Shown in pieces: positions 18,749 to 28,027 of a DNA stretch of 64,000 bases. The DNA is taken from NCBI GenBank assembly GCA_001792345.1, contig MGGJ01000001.1, positions 153,710-217,709 on the forward strand, given 5' to 3'. The DNA is from Candidatus Woesebacteria bacterium RIFCSPHIGHO2_01_FULL_39_32 (lineage in GTDB: Bacteria > Patescibacteriota > Microgenomatia > UBA8517). Within the stretch, counting starts at the first letter, position 1. Each line of letters opens with the position of its first letter. The translations under genes and the position numbers were made by a program. The notes below the pieces were generated by a model. It did no database searches, was not told the DNA's origin, and saw only the letters and a list, made by a program, of their open reading frames with translations.

Positions 18749-19759
18749 ATGGCAGCGAATATAAAAAAAAATAATAAAGAGAGTTTAGCAAGGAAGAAGG
18801 TTCTGGTAAGTGGAGCGGGAGGTTTTATTGGAAATCATTTAGTTACTTTTCTTAGGAAAAAGGGATATTGGGTACGCGGAGTTGATCTCAAATACCCGGA
18901 GTATTCTCTAACCGATGCTGATGAGTTCGAATTACTGGATTTGAGACGTTGGGATAACTGTCTTCAAGCAACTCGTGGCATCGAAGAAGTGTATGCTCTT
19001 GCAGCGGATATGGGGGGGATGGGTTTTATATCGTCTCATCACTCTGAGATTCTTCGGAATAACGCACTTATAAACATTCATACTTTGGAAGCTTCACGGG
19101 TAAACGGAGTAAAGCGTTATTTTTATACATCTTCTGCTTGTGTTTATCCTGAGTATAAACAAACGGAAACAAACGTAGTTCCGCTTAAAGAAGAGGATGC
19201 CTATCCTGCACAACCTCAAGATGCGTATGGGTGGGAAAAACTGATAATCGAAAGACTATGTCATCATTATCGTGAGGATTATAGATTGGAGACGCGTATT
19301 GTTCGCTTTCATAATATATTTGGTCCCTTGGGATCATGGGAAGGTGGTCGTGAAAAAGCTCCTGCAGCAATGTGTAGGAAAGTTGCCACTGTAAAACTTA
19401 CCGGTAATCATGAAATTGAAGTTTGGGGAGACGGAAAGCAAACACGCTCGTTTTGCTATATTGATGACTGCGTCGAAGGAATTTACCGATTGATGCGTTC
19501 TTCGTTTCATGAACCGCTAAACTTAGGACAGGACAGGCTCATTAGTATCAACGAGTTGGCGAAAATGGTAGCGAAAATTGCAGGAATAAAAATTAAGATT
19601 AAGCATGTTGAAGGACCGCAGGGAGTAAGAGGAAGAAATTCGGATAATAGCAAGCTTCGAAAAGTTCTCAAATGGGAGCCAAAAATATCTTTAGAAGATG
19701 GTTTGGCTAAAACATATTCTTGGATTGAAGATCAAGTAAGAATTAAATTCCATAAATAA
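18749..19759 (+). CDS. GDP-mannose 3,5-epimerase (GME)-like extended SDR
   Basis: Long near-identical blocks to plant GME: LAADMGGMGFI, SSACVYPEYKQ, DAYGWEKL, RFHNIFGP, GGREKAPAAMCRK, GDGKQTRSF, GPQGVRGRNSDN. Confidence 0.75.
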   Translation: MAANIKKNNKESLARKKVLVSGAGGFIGNHLVTFLRKKGYWVRGVDLKYPEYSLTDADEFELLDLRRWDNCLQATRGIEEVYALAADMGGMGFISSHHSEILRNNALINIHTLEASRVNGVKRYFYTSSACVYPEYKQTETNVVPLKEEDAYPAQPQDAYGWEKLIIERLCHHYREDYRLETRIVRFHNIFGPLGSWEGGREKAPAAMCRKVATVKLTGNHEIEVWGDGKQTRSFCYIDDCVEGIYRLMRSSFHEPLNLGQDRLISINELAKMVAKIAGIKIKIKHVEGPQGVRGRNSDNSKLRKVLKWEPKISLEDGLAKTYSWIEDQVRIKFHK

Positions 19760-19764
19760 TTTTA

Positions 19765-20772
19765 TTATATTAGTTCTCTAGTAACCTCTTTCAGTTTTAA
19801 TGGTTCCCACTTCTTTATAATTTTGTAAGCCTTATCAGTTTGGCACCATACGGTATTGTCTACAATAAGGCTTGTTCTCCAGAAAATGTTGTAGAAAGAG
19901 GCCGGTAAAATTGGTTCAAGTAAATGAATGTATCTTCTTCCAAACTTGGCTAAACTCCAAATAAAATTAGGTAGCTGAATCTGTTTGTAAGGTTTATTTA
20001 TAGAGTCGTAAAGAATTTTACTTATATCTGCCATTGTTAACGATTCTGTATAGAGGATGTACGTTGATGGGAGACCAGGTTTTGGAAGGTGTTGCGAAAA
20101 ATATAAAAGGGCGTAAATTACATCTCGTACATGAATAATACTTGTTAAGCCGGGCCAGTTAAGACGAGTAATTATAGAATTTTTGCGGACAAGTTTTGGA
20201 AGTATTGCAAACATGCTATTTGTCCTGGAATTTTTTCCATACACAGTATTTAGCCTTAATATTGTTAATCGAAATTTTTTCTTTTTACATTTCTTGATAA
20301 GAATTCTTTCTGCATCAAGTTTTGTTCGGGAATATTCATTTGTTGGATAACTTAGACTTCGCTCATTTATTGGTACTCTACAATTAGGTCTACCTCCAAT
20401 GAAGGCTACGCTGCTCGTGTAGATAATATGTACTGAAGGGCCAAGATTAAGCGAGTCAAGTAAGTGTTTTGTTCCAATGTTATTAACACGATGGTCTTTT
20501 GTTCCTGTATTTGTATTTGCGGCCAAATGGAATACTGTCGAGACATTTGAAGGAATATTCTTAAGCCCCGCTTTGGTTACAAGATCTATTTTTTGCAATC
20601 TAAACCCAAGTTTTGTGATTAGCCTTTGTCCTTCCTTTTCTATAGCAGAATCGTTGTCCCATGTGAGACAGTAAGTGTAATTCTTACTTTTTTGTTTAGA
20701 CAGTGTTTTTAATAGTTCTTTACCAATAAAACTTGTTGGTCCGGTAATGAGGATTAAAGAATTTTTATTCAT
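19765..20772 (-). CDS. NAD-dependent epimerase/dehydratase family protein
   Basis: ILITGPTSFIGKELLKTL Rossmann motif and YSRTK. 335 aa. Confidence 0.6.
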   Translation of the reverse strand: MNKNSLILITGPTSFIGKELLKTLSKQKSKNYTYCLTWDNDSAIEKEGQRLITKLGFRLQKIDLVTKAGLKNIPSNVSTVFHLAANTNTGTKDHRVNNIGTKHLLDSLNLGPSVHIIYTSSVAFIGGRPNCRVPINERSLSYPTNEYSRTKLDAERILIKKCKKKKFRLTILRLNTVYGKNSRTNSMFAILPKLVRKNSIITRLNWPGLTSIIHVRDVIYALLYFSQHLPKPGLPSTYILYTESLTMADISKILYDSINKPYKQIQLPNFIWSLAKFGRRYIHLLEPILPASFYNIFWRTSLIVDNTVWCQTDKAYKIIKKWEPLKLKEVTRELI

Positions 20773-20833
20773 AAGAAATTTATATGTATTTTAAATCAAA
20801 TTTCAATGAAGTATAATCAGAAAAATTGGAGTT

Positions 20834-22225
20834 ATGTTAGACAATAACTTAAAAATAGCGAAACTTTGGCAAAAATATTATCTTCAGAATAATTACTATC
20901 ATCAAGATATACACCGTTTGGTAAAAAAAATAATCCCTCCAGATGCCTCTATACTAGAATTCAGTTCCAGGGGTGGGGAATTATTAGCAGAGTTGCCAAA
21001 TAAGAATAAAACTGCATCAGAATTTGACAACGGACTTTTGCAATTACTTTATAGTAAAAACAAAAAAACCAGAGTCATTGATGCAAAAAAGCTCCCATCG
21101 AGAAGCAAGAAAAAGTATGACTATATTTTGCTATCACACACTCTATCGGAAATAGATAATATTCAAGATTTTATTGGAAAAATAAAAGTACTTTGTCGCG
21201 ACGATACAAAAATTGTTGTATTTCATTTTAACTATTTATGGAAACCACTTCTCGATACAGTAGAAGTTCTAGGATTGATAATGCCTTCTCAAAAAGAACC
21301 GAATTGGCTATCTCAGTCGGATATTGACAATTTTTTTATCTTAGAAAGTTTTGTAAAAGTCAAGCAAGGACAAAGCTTTCTTTTTCCGTTTTTTGTCCCC
21401 TTTGTTTCCGATCTGTTGAATCGTATATTTTCTCAGATCCCCCCCTTTTCTTATTTTTGTTTAACAAGATATGCGGTTTATAAACCCATAAAAGAAAAAA
21501 AAGATTTTTCAGTTTCGATTATTATTCCCGCACGGAATGAGGCCGGAAATATGAAGAGAATCTTTAATAAAATTCCAAGTTTAGGAACATCAACTGAAAT
21601 CATTTTTGTAGAGGGTCATTCAAGAGATGATACCTACGCAACAATAAAAAAAGAAATAGCAAATTATAAAGGACCGTTAAAAGCATCTTTATGTAAACAA
21701 AAGGGAAAGGGTAAAGGCAATGCTGTGAGGCTTGGTTTTTCGAAGGCACATAACGAGCTATTGATGATTCTGGATGCAGATTTAACCGTTGATCCTAAAG
21801 AGTTACCAAAATTTTATTGTGCAGTAAGAGACGGTATCGCAGATTTTGTGATGGGTTCCCGACTTGTATATCCAATGGAAAAACTCGCCATGCGGACGTT
21901 AAATATTTTCGGGAATAAATTTTTTAGTATTGCTTTTTCTTTTTTACTTGATCAAAGGATTAAAGATACATTATGTGGAACAAAAGTTCTATTTAGAAAA
22001 GATTATTTAATGATCGCAAAAAATAGAAAGTTTTTCGGAGATTTTGATCCCTTCGGTGATTACGATCTTATTTTTGGAGCATCAAGGCTTAATTTGAAAA
22101 TTGTCGAAGTACCAATTAGATATAAAGAGAGAACATACGGAAAGACAAACATCAGTAGATTTAGACACGGCCTTCTACTTTTGCAAATGGTTTTATTTGC
22201 AGCTAGGAAATTAAAATTTAACTAG
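20834..22225 (+). CDS. fusion: degenerate class-I methyltransferase-like N-domain + GT2 (Dpm1-like) C-domain
   Basis: The N-terminal ~230 aa carry MTase-like motifs (ILEFSSRGGELLAEL; YDYILLSHTL). A hydrophobic linker follows. The C-terminal half has VSIIIPARNEAG...ILDADLTVDP of GT2. Confidence 0.55.
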   Translation: MLDNNLKIAKLWQKYYLQNNYYHQDIHRLVKKIIPPDASILEFSSRGGELLAELPNKNKTASEFDNGLLQLLYSKNKKTRVIDAKKLPSRSKKKYDYILLSHTLSEIDNIQDFIGKIKVLCRDDTKIVVFHFNYLWKPLLDTVEVLGLIMPSQKEPNWLSQSDIDNFFILESFVKVKQGQSFLFPFFVPFVSDLLNRIFSQIPPFSYFCLTRYAVYKPIKEKKDFSVSIIIPARNEAGNMKRIFNKIPSLGTSTEIIFVEGHSRDDTYATIKKEIANYKGPLKASLCKQKGKGKGNAVRLGFSKAHNELLMILDADLTVDPKELPKFYCAVRDGIADFVMGSRLVYPMEKLAMRTLNIFGNKFFSIAFSFLLDQRIKDTLCGTKVLFRKDYLMIAKNRKFFGDFDPFGDYDLIFGASRLNLKIVEVPIRYKERTYGKTNISRFRHGLLLLQMVLFAARKLKFN

Positions 22226-22780
22226 TTTTTTAGTTAATTTGAATGCAACGTGGGAAAAGGGATACCATCGCGGAGTGGGAACATCTTCAATTTCCCATTT
22301 TAAGCGCATTTTCTTAAACAGTATTTTCCATTCGCTTTCGGTTCGGTAAGTAAAAGGAATACTCATTCTTGGATTGTGGATTTTGTTTATTAAATAATCG
22401 AACAATTTCCCAATTGGAGTAGGACGCAATTCAAATAATAAAACTACTTTAGCAACTCTTAAAGATTCCATTATTAATTTTTCCTGATTTTCGTATTCTA
22501 CATGATGAAGTACGTCGCTAAACATGACCATATTAAAAGTATTATTTTCAAAAGGTAGTTTATCGACTTGATTCATTTTGGTAAAAGGTATTGGGACAAT
22601 AAGGTATTTATCAATATCGCAACCATGTACTTTTATTTTAATATTTTTTTGTAATTCATATCCTACGATTCCCGTCCCGCAACCGACGTCTAATACGTAT
22701 TCCCCTCCCTTTATCCATTTATTATAAATAGACGTAATTAACCTAGCCCTATAAACCGATGTAATATTTGCCAGTGCCAT
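22211..22780 (-). CDS. class-I SAM-dependent methyltransferase
   Basis: VLDVGCGTGIVGYEL motif I. The ORF track extends to 22903, but that extension overlaps the convergent GT2 start; Met42 at 22780 is the more plausible start. Confidence 0.6.
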   Translation of the reverse strand: MALANITSVYRARLITSIYNKWIKGGEYVLDVGCGTGIVGYELQKNIKIKVHGCDIDKYLIVPIPFTKMNQVDKLPFENNTFNMVMFSDVLHHVEYENQEKLIMESLRVAKVVLLFELRPTPIGKLFDYLINKIHNPRMSIPFTYRTESEWKILFKKMRLKWEIEDVPTPRWYPFSHVAFKLTKKLVKF

Positions 22781-22817
22781 ACTGTTAATTGGTGTAAGAC
22801 ATATTATAATTGCAGTA

Positions 22818-23654
22818 ATGCGCATAAAGAAACCTTTAGTTTCAATTATAGTAACTACAAAAAACGAAGAACAGGTTCTAGGAAGACTATTGAGTAGCAT
22901 CAAAACACAAACTTCTGAAGATTGGGAGATAATTATTGTGGATAATAATTCTGCCGATAGAACAAAACAAATTGCTTTGAAATATACCAGGCACGTCTAT
23001 AATAAAGGACCTGAAAGGAGCGCGCAAAGGAATTTTGGTGCCAAAACGGGTAAAGGAAAGTATTTATTTTTTTTAGACGCGGATATGGAGCTATCCAAAG
23101 AGGTTATTAAGGAATGCTTGATAATAGTTGAGAAGAACAACAAAATTGGGGCTGTTGTCATACCTGAGAAGTCTATAGCACATACTTTTTGGGAAAAAGT
23201 TAAGGCATTTGAGCGGTCTTTTTATAATTTAGAGGGAGATGAGGCAACAGATGCAGCCAGATTTTTTCCCAAAAAAGTTTTTGATTTAGCTGGAGGATAT
23301 GATGAAAATATCACCGGTCCAGAGGATTGGGATTTACCAGAGACTATTGAAAAAATGGGATATAAAATTGGAAGAATAAAGTCACTGGTTTATCACCATG
23401 AGAGGGTGCTCAATCCTTTTAAGCTGGGAAAGAAGAAATACTACTATGGATTAAGAGCGCACAGCTATATGTCTAAACACGATGTTTCTGTTTTCGGTTC
23501 TAAAACAATATATTTTCTTCGTCCTGTGTTTTACCGTAATTGGAAGCGACTTATAGCACATCCAATTTTGACTCTTGCGATGTTTTATATGCTATCTATT
23601 GAACAAGTCAGTGGAGGATTAGGCTACATAGTAGGGAGGATAAAAAATGCCTAG
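22818..23654 (+). CDS. glycosyltransferase family 2
   Basis: VSIIVTTKNEEQVL...WEIIIVDNNSADRT plus a DAD motif. Confidence 0.75.
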   Translation: MRIKKPLVSIIVTTKNEEQVLGRLLSSIKTQTSEDWEIIIVDNNSADRTKQIALKYTRHVYNKGPERSAQRNFGAKTGKGKYLFFLDADMELSKEVIKECLIIVEKNNKIGAVVIPEKSIAHTFWEKVKAFERSFYNLEGDEATDAARFFPKKVFDLAGGYDENITGPEDWDLPETIEKMGYKIGRIKSLVYHHERVLNPFKLGKKKYYYGLRAHSYMSKHDVSVFGSKTIYFLRPVFYRNWKRLIAHPILTLAMFYMLSIEQVSGGLGYIVGRIKNA

Positions 23655-24783
23655 GTCTGTTCTTCTGATTACCTCTCCATTTCGACCAAATATTGGCGGG
23701 GTTGAAACTCACCTTGACGATTTAATTTTGGAAGGCGTTAAAAGACGTATTAATTTTCGAGTAGTAACATATCAACCTTTGGTTACTCCTGCTCGGGGAA
23801 AATTTATCGAGAAGGGAAGAGGAGTTATAATCTATCGTATTCCCTGGCCGCGATTTAATCTATTTTTACGCTTAGAAAAATTTCCATTACTTGAATTTTT
23901 ATATCTATTCCCGGGCTTATTTATAGCTGGGATTATTTATCTCCTGTTTAAAGGGAAGGACATATCGACTATTCATGGTCAAGGATTGGTTGCAGGATCA
24001 ATCGGGGTATTTTTAGGGTTAATTTTTGATAAGCGTTCACTAATTTCTACTCATTCTATATACAATTTTCCGGAATCAGGATTTTACAATTCTTTTGTAC
24101 AATCGATTTTTAATAAAACTGAACATATACTAACTCTTTCAAATCAATCAAAAGATGAAATATTGAAATTAGGAACACCAAAGGACAAGGTAACAACCTT
24201 TACTTATTGGGTCGATCAGGATAAGTTTAAACCAACCGATAAACAGTTCACTCGTACGAAAGTTAAATTTCCCAAGAATGAACTTGTCTGTCTTTTTGTA
24301 GGAAGGTTAGTAGAAGTAAAAGGCGTAAGGGAATTAATTAGTTCCAGTAAATTTTTAATTAAAGGTATAAAAATAGTCATAATAGGCGATGGACCTTTAG
24401 CCAACGAGATTCAAGCCATGGCTAGAAAATCAAAAAAAATTGATTTTTTGGGGAAAATTGGTAATGACAGATTACCCTTATATTACGGTGCTTCAGATGT
24501 TTTGATAGTCCCTTCTATTCACGAAGAAGGTTTTGGAAGGGTAATTCTGGAAGCACTTTCTTGTGGATTGCCTGTAATTGGCTCGAGTCGTGGTGCAATC
24601 TCTGAGGCAATGGATGAATCTGTCGGTTATTTTATTGATGTATCCTCTAAATCTATCGCTTTTGCGCTAAATACTATAGTTAAAAACAAAAACGAACTCA
24701 TGAAAAAAGCAAAAAAATCCAGACCGTTTGCTTTAAGGCGATATGGAAGTGATAATATCGAAGAAATAATTAAATTTTATTAG
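23647..24783 (+). CDS. glycosyltransferase family 4 (tandem paralog 1)
   Basis: N-terminal TSPFRPNIGGVETHLDDL and C-terminal EEGFGRVILEALSCGLPVIGS. Paralogous to 24795..25937. Confidence 0.7.
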   Translation: MPRSVLLITSPFRPNIGGVETHLDDLILEGVKRRINFRVVTYQPLVTPARGKFIEKGRGVIIYRIPWPRFNLFLRLEKFPLLEFLYLFPGLFIAGIIYLLFKGKDISTIHGQGLVAGSIGVFLGLIFDKRSLISTHSIYNFPESGFYNSFVQSIFNKTEHILTLSNQSKDEILKLGTPKDKVTTFTYWVDQDKFKPTDKQFTRTKVKFPKNELVCLFVGRLVEVKGVRELISSSKFLIKGIKIVIIGDGPLANEIQAMARKSKKIDFLGKIGNDRLPLYYGASDVLIVPSIHEEGFGRVILEALSCGLPVIGSSRGAISEAMDESVGYFIDVSSKSIAFALNTIVKNKNELMKKAKKSRPFALRRYGSDNIEEIIKFY

Positions 24784-24794
24784 GCTCGATTATC

Positions 24795-25937
24795 ATGCAT
24801 AAAAAGAATGTTTTAATTACAACCTCCCACTTTCACCCAAATGTAGGTGGGGTTGAAACACATTTGAATGACTTAGTATTGGCATTAAATAAAAGAAACT
24901 GGGAGGTAATCGTTGCCTGTTATAAACCTTTAGCAAGAGATATTAAAATTCCATTTGTTGAGAAGAAAAGTAAGAAACTACTAATTTATCGAATGCCGTG
25001 GGTGGGATTTAATCTGGTACATCTTTTAACCCCTTATCCAGTTCTTGAGTTTTTATATCTTTTCCCAGGACTTTTTCTGGTCAATTTGTATGCATTAATC
25101 AAGCATCCCGAGATTAACGTAATTCATTCTCAGGGATTGGTTCCGGGAGTTGTTGGTATAGTACTCGGAAGGATTTTTAATAAAAGGGTTATTGTGAGCA
25201 CTCATAACTTATATTTTTTCCCCCAAAATGGTTACTACAAGACTTTTTCGGCTTGGATATTATCTTTTGCCGATACTATATTGACGTTATCCAATCAATC
25301 AAAAGATGAGATAGCGAGAATTGGAGTACCAAAAGAGATGATTAAACCCTTTCGTTATTGGCTTAACCTAAAAACATTTAAACCAAAAGATAAAATTATT
25401 GCCAGAGGAAAGCTTGGATTAAATGAAAGCTTCATAGTCTTTTTTGTGGGTAGACTTATTGAAACTAAGGGAGTGAAAATATTAATGCAGGTAAGCAAAA
25501 ATTTAAAAAATGTAACCTTTATTTTTGCTGGATTAGGACCCTTACAGGAAGATTTGAATAAACTTTCTGCTAAACAAAAAAATCTTAAATATGTTGGTTT
25601 ACTTTTTCCCGAGAAAGTGCGTTTATATATGAGTGCATCCGACGTTGTTGCTGTGCCTTCGACCGTCGACGAAGGTTACGGCCGGGTTGCAATGGAGGCG
25701 CTAGCCTGTGGAACGCCAGTCTTTGCTGCCAACAAAGGAGGCTTGAATGAAGTAGTCACTAAAGACGTGGGACTATTAGTAAATCCAAATCCTAAAGATT
25801 ATAACAATGCAGTTAAGTTTGCTTTAACAAATCGGAAAATATTAAGCAATCTTGCTAAAAATACAAGGAGATATGCATTGAGGTACTTTGGCGAGAAAAA
25901 TGTTGAAAAAATTATTGATTCTTATGAAGGTAAATAG
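24795..25937 (+). CDS. glycosyltransferase family 4 (tandem paralog 2)
   Basis: TSHFHPNVGGVETHLNDL and DEGYGRVAMEALACGTPVFAA. Clear paralog of the upstream gene. Confidence 0.7.
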   Translation: MHKKNVLITTSHFHPNVGGVETHLNDLVLALNKRNWEVIVACYKPLARDIKIPFVEKKSKKLLIYRMPWVGFNLVHLLTPYPVLEFLYLFPGLFLVNLYALIKHPEINVIHSQGLVPGVVGIVLGRIFNKRVIVSTHNLYFFPQNGYYKTFSAWILSFADTILTLSNQSKDEIARIGVPKEMIKPFRYWLNLKTFKPKDKIIARGKLGLNESFIVFFVGRLIETKGVKILMQVSKNLKNVTFIFAGLGPLQEDLNKLSAKQKNLKYVGLLFPEKVRLYMSASDVVAVPSTVDEGYGRVAMEALACGTPVFAANKGGLNEVVTKDVGLLVNPNPKDYNNAVKFALTNRKILSNLAKNTRRYALRYFGEKNVEKIIDSYEGK

Positions 25938-27249
25938 CACCTTTCCTCTTAGGTGTTTTGGTTCTTTTCGAATTAGATACAGTTTTTAAAAGTTTTATCT
26001 TTGGAGATCCGTTTTTCGAACGTACTATTTTTCGCCTATTTTTAACAACGCGATTATTTTTGTTATAATTTTTTAGAGCGATAGTTTTTTCACCATCTAC
26101 TGTTTTGATTGTATTTACCCAAACGCGCATGCAATATGCAAGGTGGTGAAAGTATCCTCGAGTTGCCGTATTCCAAACAAACCCGTCAAATTTTTGTACC
26201 GCGTCCTCCATTTGGTAAGCTAGACTCAAGTAACTTTCAGTATAGGTTGAACCATCAAGTTTTACTTCAGTTAGCCATTGAAGTAAGTCTTCTAAAACGG
26301 TAATACAGCCAAGCTCTTGTTGAATGTCTTTGAGATGGTTGTGCGAGTTTCTTATATGTTTTACTATCGGAGACCCGATTCTTATACCATACCCTAAATG
26401 TTTTACACATGTTTGGGCAAAATAGCCACTAAAAATATCTCCATACCGGTCGATTGGTAATCCTGAAAGTGTGTACCCCATTTTTACAAACCAATAAGAG
26501 GGAATTACTGCTTTGTTTAATCCGGTGTTTTGTGTATTTATTGTAGTCCAAGTATTTTTACTAAGCACTACAGAGCGATTGGAGAATGAAGATGCGTATG
26601 GTTTAACCCCGAGCCAAGTAATTGCGTCAACATCGGGTTCTTTTAACCATAGGCCAGTATTGATATGCACATCGACTTCTGAATTTTTTTCTTCAATTTG
26701 ATCTTCAGAAAATCTGGCAAAATAAGGATAGCCTCTGGGGTATACAACTCCAGTATTTCTAAATTTAAGTAAACTGCAGTTATTAAACCAACCGTTGGGA
26801 TTATGAACTACGTTTTGCCTCGTCTCGCCACTACCTACAACAGTATGTTCTTTATAAAAATTAGTGCCCTCAATAGGGTAATTATCGTCATCAATAGAAA
26901 TAACAATTTCATCCCCCGAATCATAAGCCATTAGATAACCGATATTCCTGCGATTATCGGAGTCATAGGGAACAATATTATAAATAGCCCCTAGCTTTTT
27001 TAAATATTCTTCCTGCTCTTCTAGCGTTGGACAATTAATGTTAAACCCGAAATCTTTAAGTATTTGGCATTTCTGGTAAAGTTCATGGGGGCTTTTACGA
27101 TCGGGGATAACAATGATTCTTGTTCGATCTACAACCCCCTCCTCCATCATTTTTTTTGTATAGGAAGTTAAAAAAGACCCATCAAAGATAGAAGTTACAA
27201 TTACAGAAATATTTTTTGGTTTATTTTTCCTTTTGTCTCTTTTTTTCAT
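25912..27249 (-). CDS. reversibly-glycosylated-polypeptide (RGP)/GT75-like protein, UDP-arabinopyranose mutase-like
   Basis: Blocks matching plant RGP/UAM: ISIDDDNYP (DDD), PRGYPYF (cf. RGYPFS), TGLWLKEPDVDAITWL (cf. HGLWLNIPDYDAPTQL), IDRYGDIFSGYFAQTCVKHLGYGIRIGSPIVKH (cf. [33 protein letters not shown]). Extra Lys/Arg-rich N- and C-terminal tails. Confidence 0.55.
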   Translation of the reverse strand: MKKRDKRKNKPKNISVIVTSIFDGSFLTSYTKKMMEEGVVDRTRIIVIPDRKSPHELYQKCQILKDFGFNINCPTLEEQEEYLKKLGAIYNIVPYDSDNRRNIGYLMAYDSGDEIVISIDDDNYPIEGTNFYKEHTVVGSGETRQNVVHNPNGWFNNCSLLKFRNTGVVYPRGYPYFARFSEDQIEEKNSEVDVHINTGLWLKEPDVDAITWLGVKPYASSFSNRSVVLSKNTWTTINTQNTGLNKAVIPSYWFVKMGYTLSGLPIDRYGDIFSGYFAQTCVKHLGYGIRIGSPIVKHIRNSHNHLKDIQQELGCITVLEDLLQWLTEVKLDGSTYTESYLSLAYQMEDAVQKFDGFVWNTATRGYFHHLAYCMRVWVNTIKTVDGEKTIALKNYNKNNRVVKNRRKIVRSKNGSPKIKLLKTVSNSKRTKTPKRKGAIYLHKNQ

Positions 27250-27977
27250 GAAATTAACTCATTCCACAGAACCTTTAAATTTTCTCTCCCTGTTTTAAAA
27301 GATGGCATTGTTGTTTCTCCGTGGATGCGTTTTCCTTCTTTTGTAGGAAAATCAGCAATCTTTACATTGTATTTGAGTGCACGAATAATTTGTTCATAAT
27401 CTGGGGCAACTGGGTTAGGTATATTTATTTTAAGTTTTTTCCATGCATTGCGTGTAAACGCTCGATATCCTTGGGTCGTGTCCGTACACTTATTTCCATT
27501 TCTCCCCCAAATAATGTTTGCAATAATAGCCAATCCTTGATTAAACCATTTACGCGGTTTTAGGATTTGATCATCTTCTTCATTATATGCTCTCTTTATC
27601 ATTCGTGAAGCTACTATAAATTCATGGCCTTTTTTTAGAAGTTTTACAAATTTATTTATGTCTTTAGGATCCATATTCCCGTCAGGATGAAAAAATATTA
27701 AAGCATCTTCTTTCGTGCTTCTGAATGCTGATTCATACGCTCCTCCAACACCTTTATATTTTTGTCCGAAAACTTTTATTCTTTTACTTTTCCAAAATTC
27801 GGAAGTTCCGTCGTTAGAATTACCGTCTATTACGTAAATTGCGTCAACTAAATTTCTAGGAATTTTGGAGTAAATTAATTCCGAATTTTTTCTTTCATTT
27901 CTTGTAAAAATAACAAGAGCAACTTTCATTTGAGGTCGTAAGCATAAAATACATAGAAACCTATAAAAAATCAACAA
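27246..27977 (-). CDS. glycosyltransferase family 2
   Basis: VALVIFTRNERKN...VIDGNSNDGT. Confidence 0.7.
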   Translation of the reverse strand: MLIFYRFLCILCLRPQMKVALVIFTRNERKNSELIYSKIPRNLVDAIYVIDGNSNDGTSEFWKSKRIKVFGQKYKGVGGAYESAFRSTKEDALIFFHPDGNMDPKDINKFVKLLKKGHEFIVASRMIKRAYNEEDDQILKPRKWFNQGLAIIANIIWGRNGNKCTDTTQGYRAFTRNAWKKLKINIPNPVAPDYEQIIRALKYNVKIADFPTKEGKRIHGETTMPSFKTGRENLKVLWNELIS

Positions 27978-28027
27978 TTGAATTAGTTATATAGCAAAAA
28001 ATTATTACCTAATGTAGAATTGTTGTT

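Noticed and set aside
18763-18771. A9 homopolymer near the 5' end of the GME-like gene (similar A8-A9 runs at ~44403 and ~49871) as candidate phase-variation tracts
   Set aside because: A-runs of this length are expected by chance in a genome this AT-rich, and lysine-rich coding explains them. No evidence of variability is visible from a single sequence.
22781-22903. 5' extension of the minus-strand methyltransferase overlapping the convergent GT2 start by 86 nt
   Set aside because: The extension (MMLLNSLPRTCSSFF...) has no MTase fold and overlaps a well-supported GT2 N-terminus. Met42 at 22780 is more plausible.
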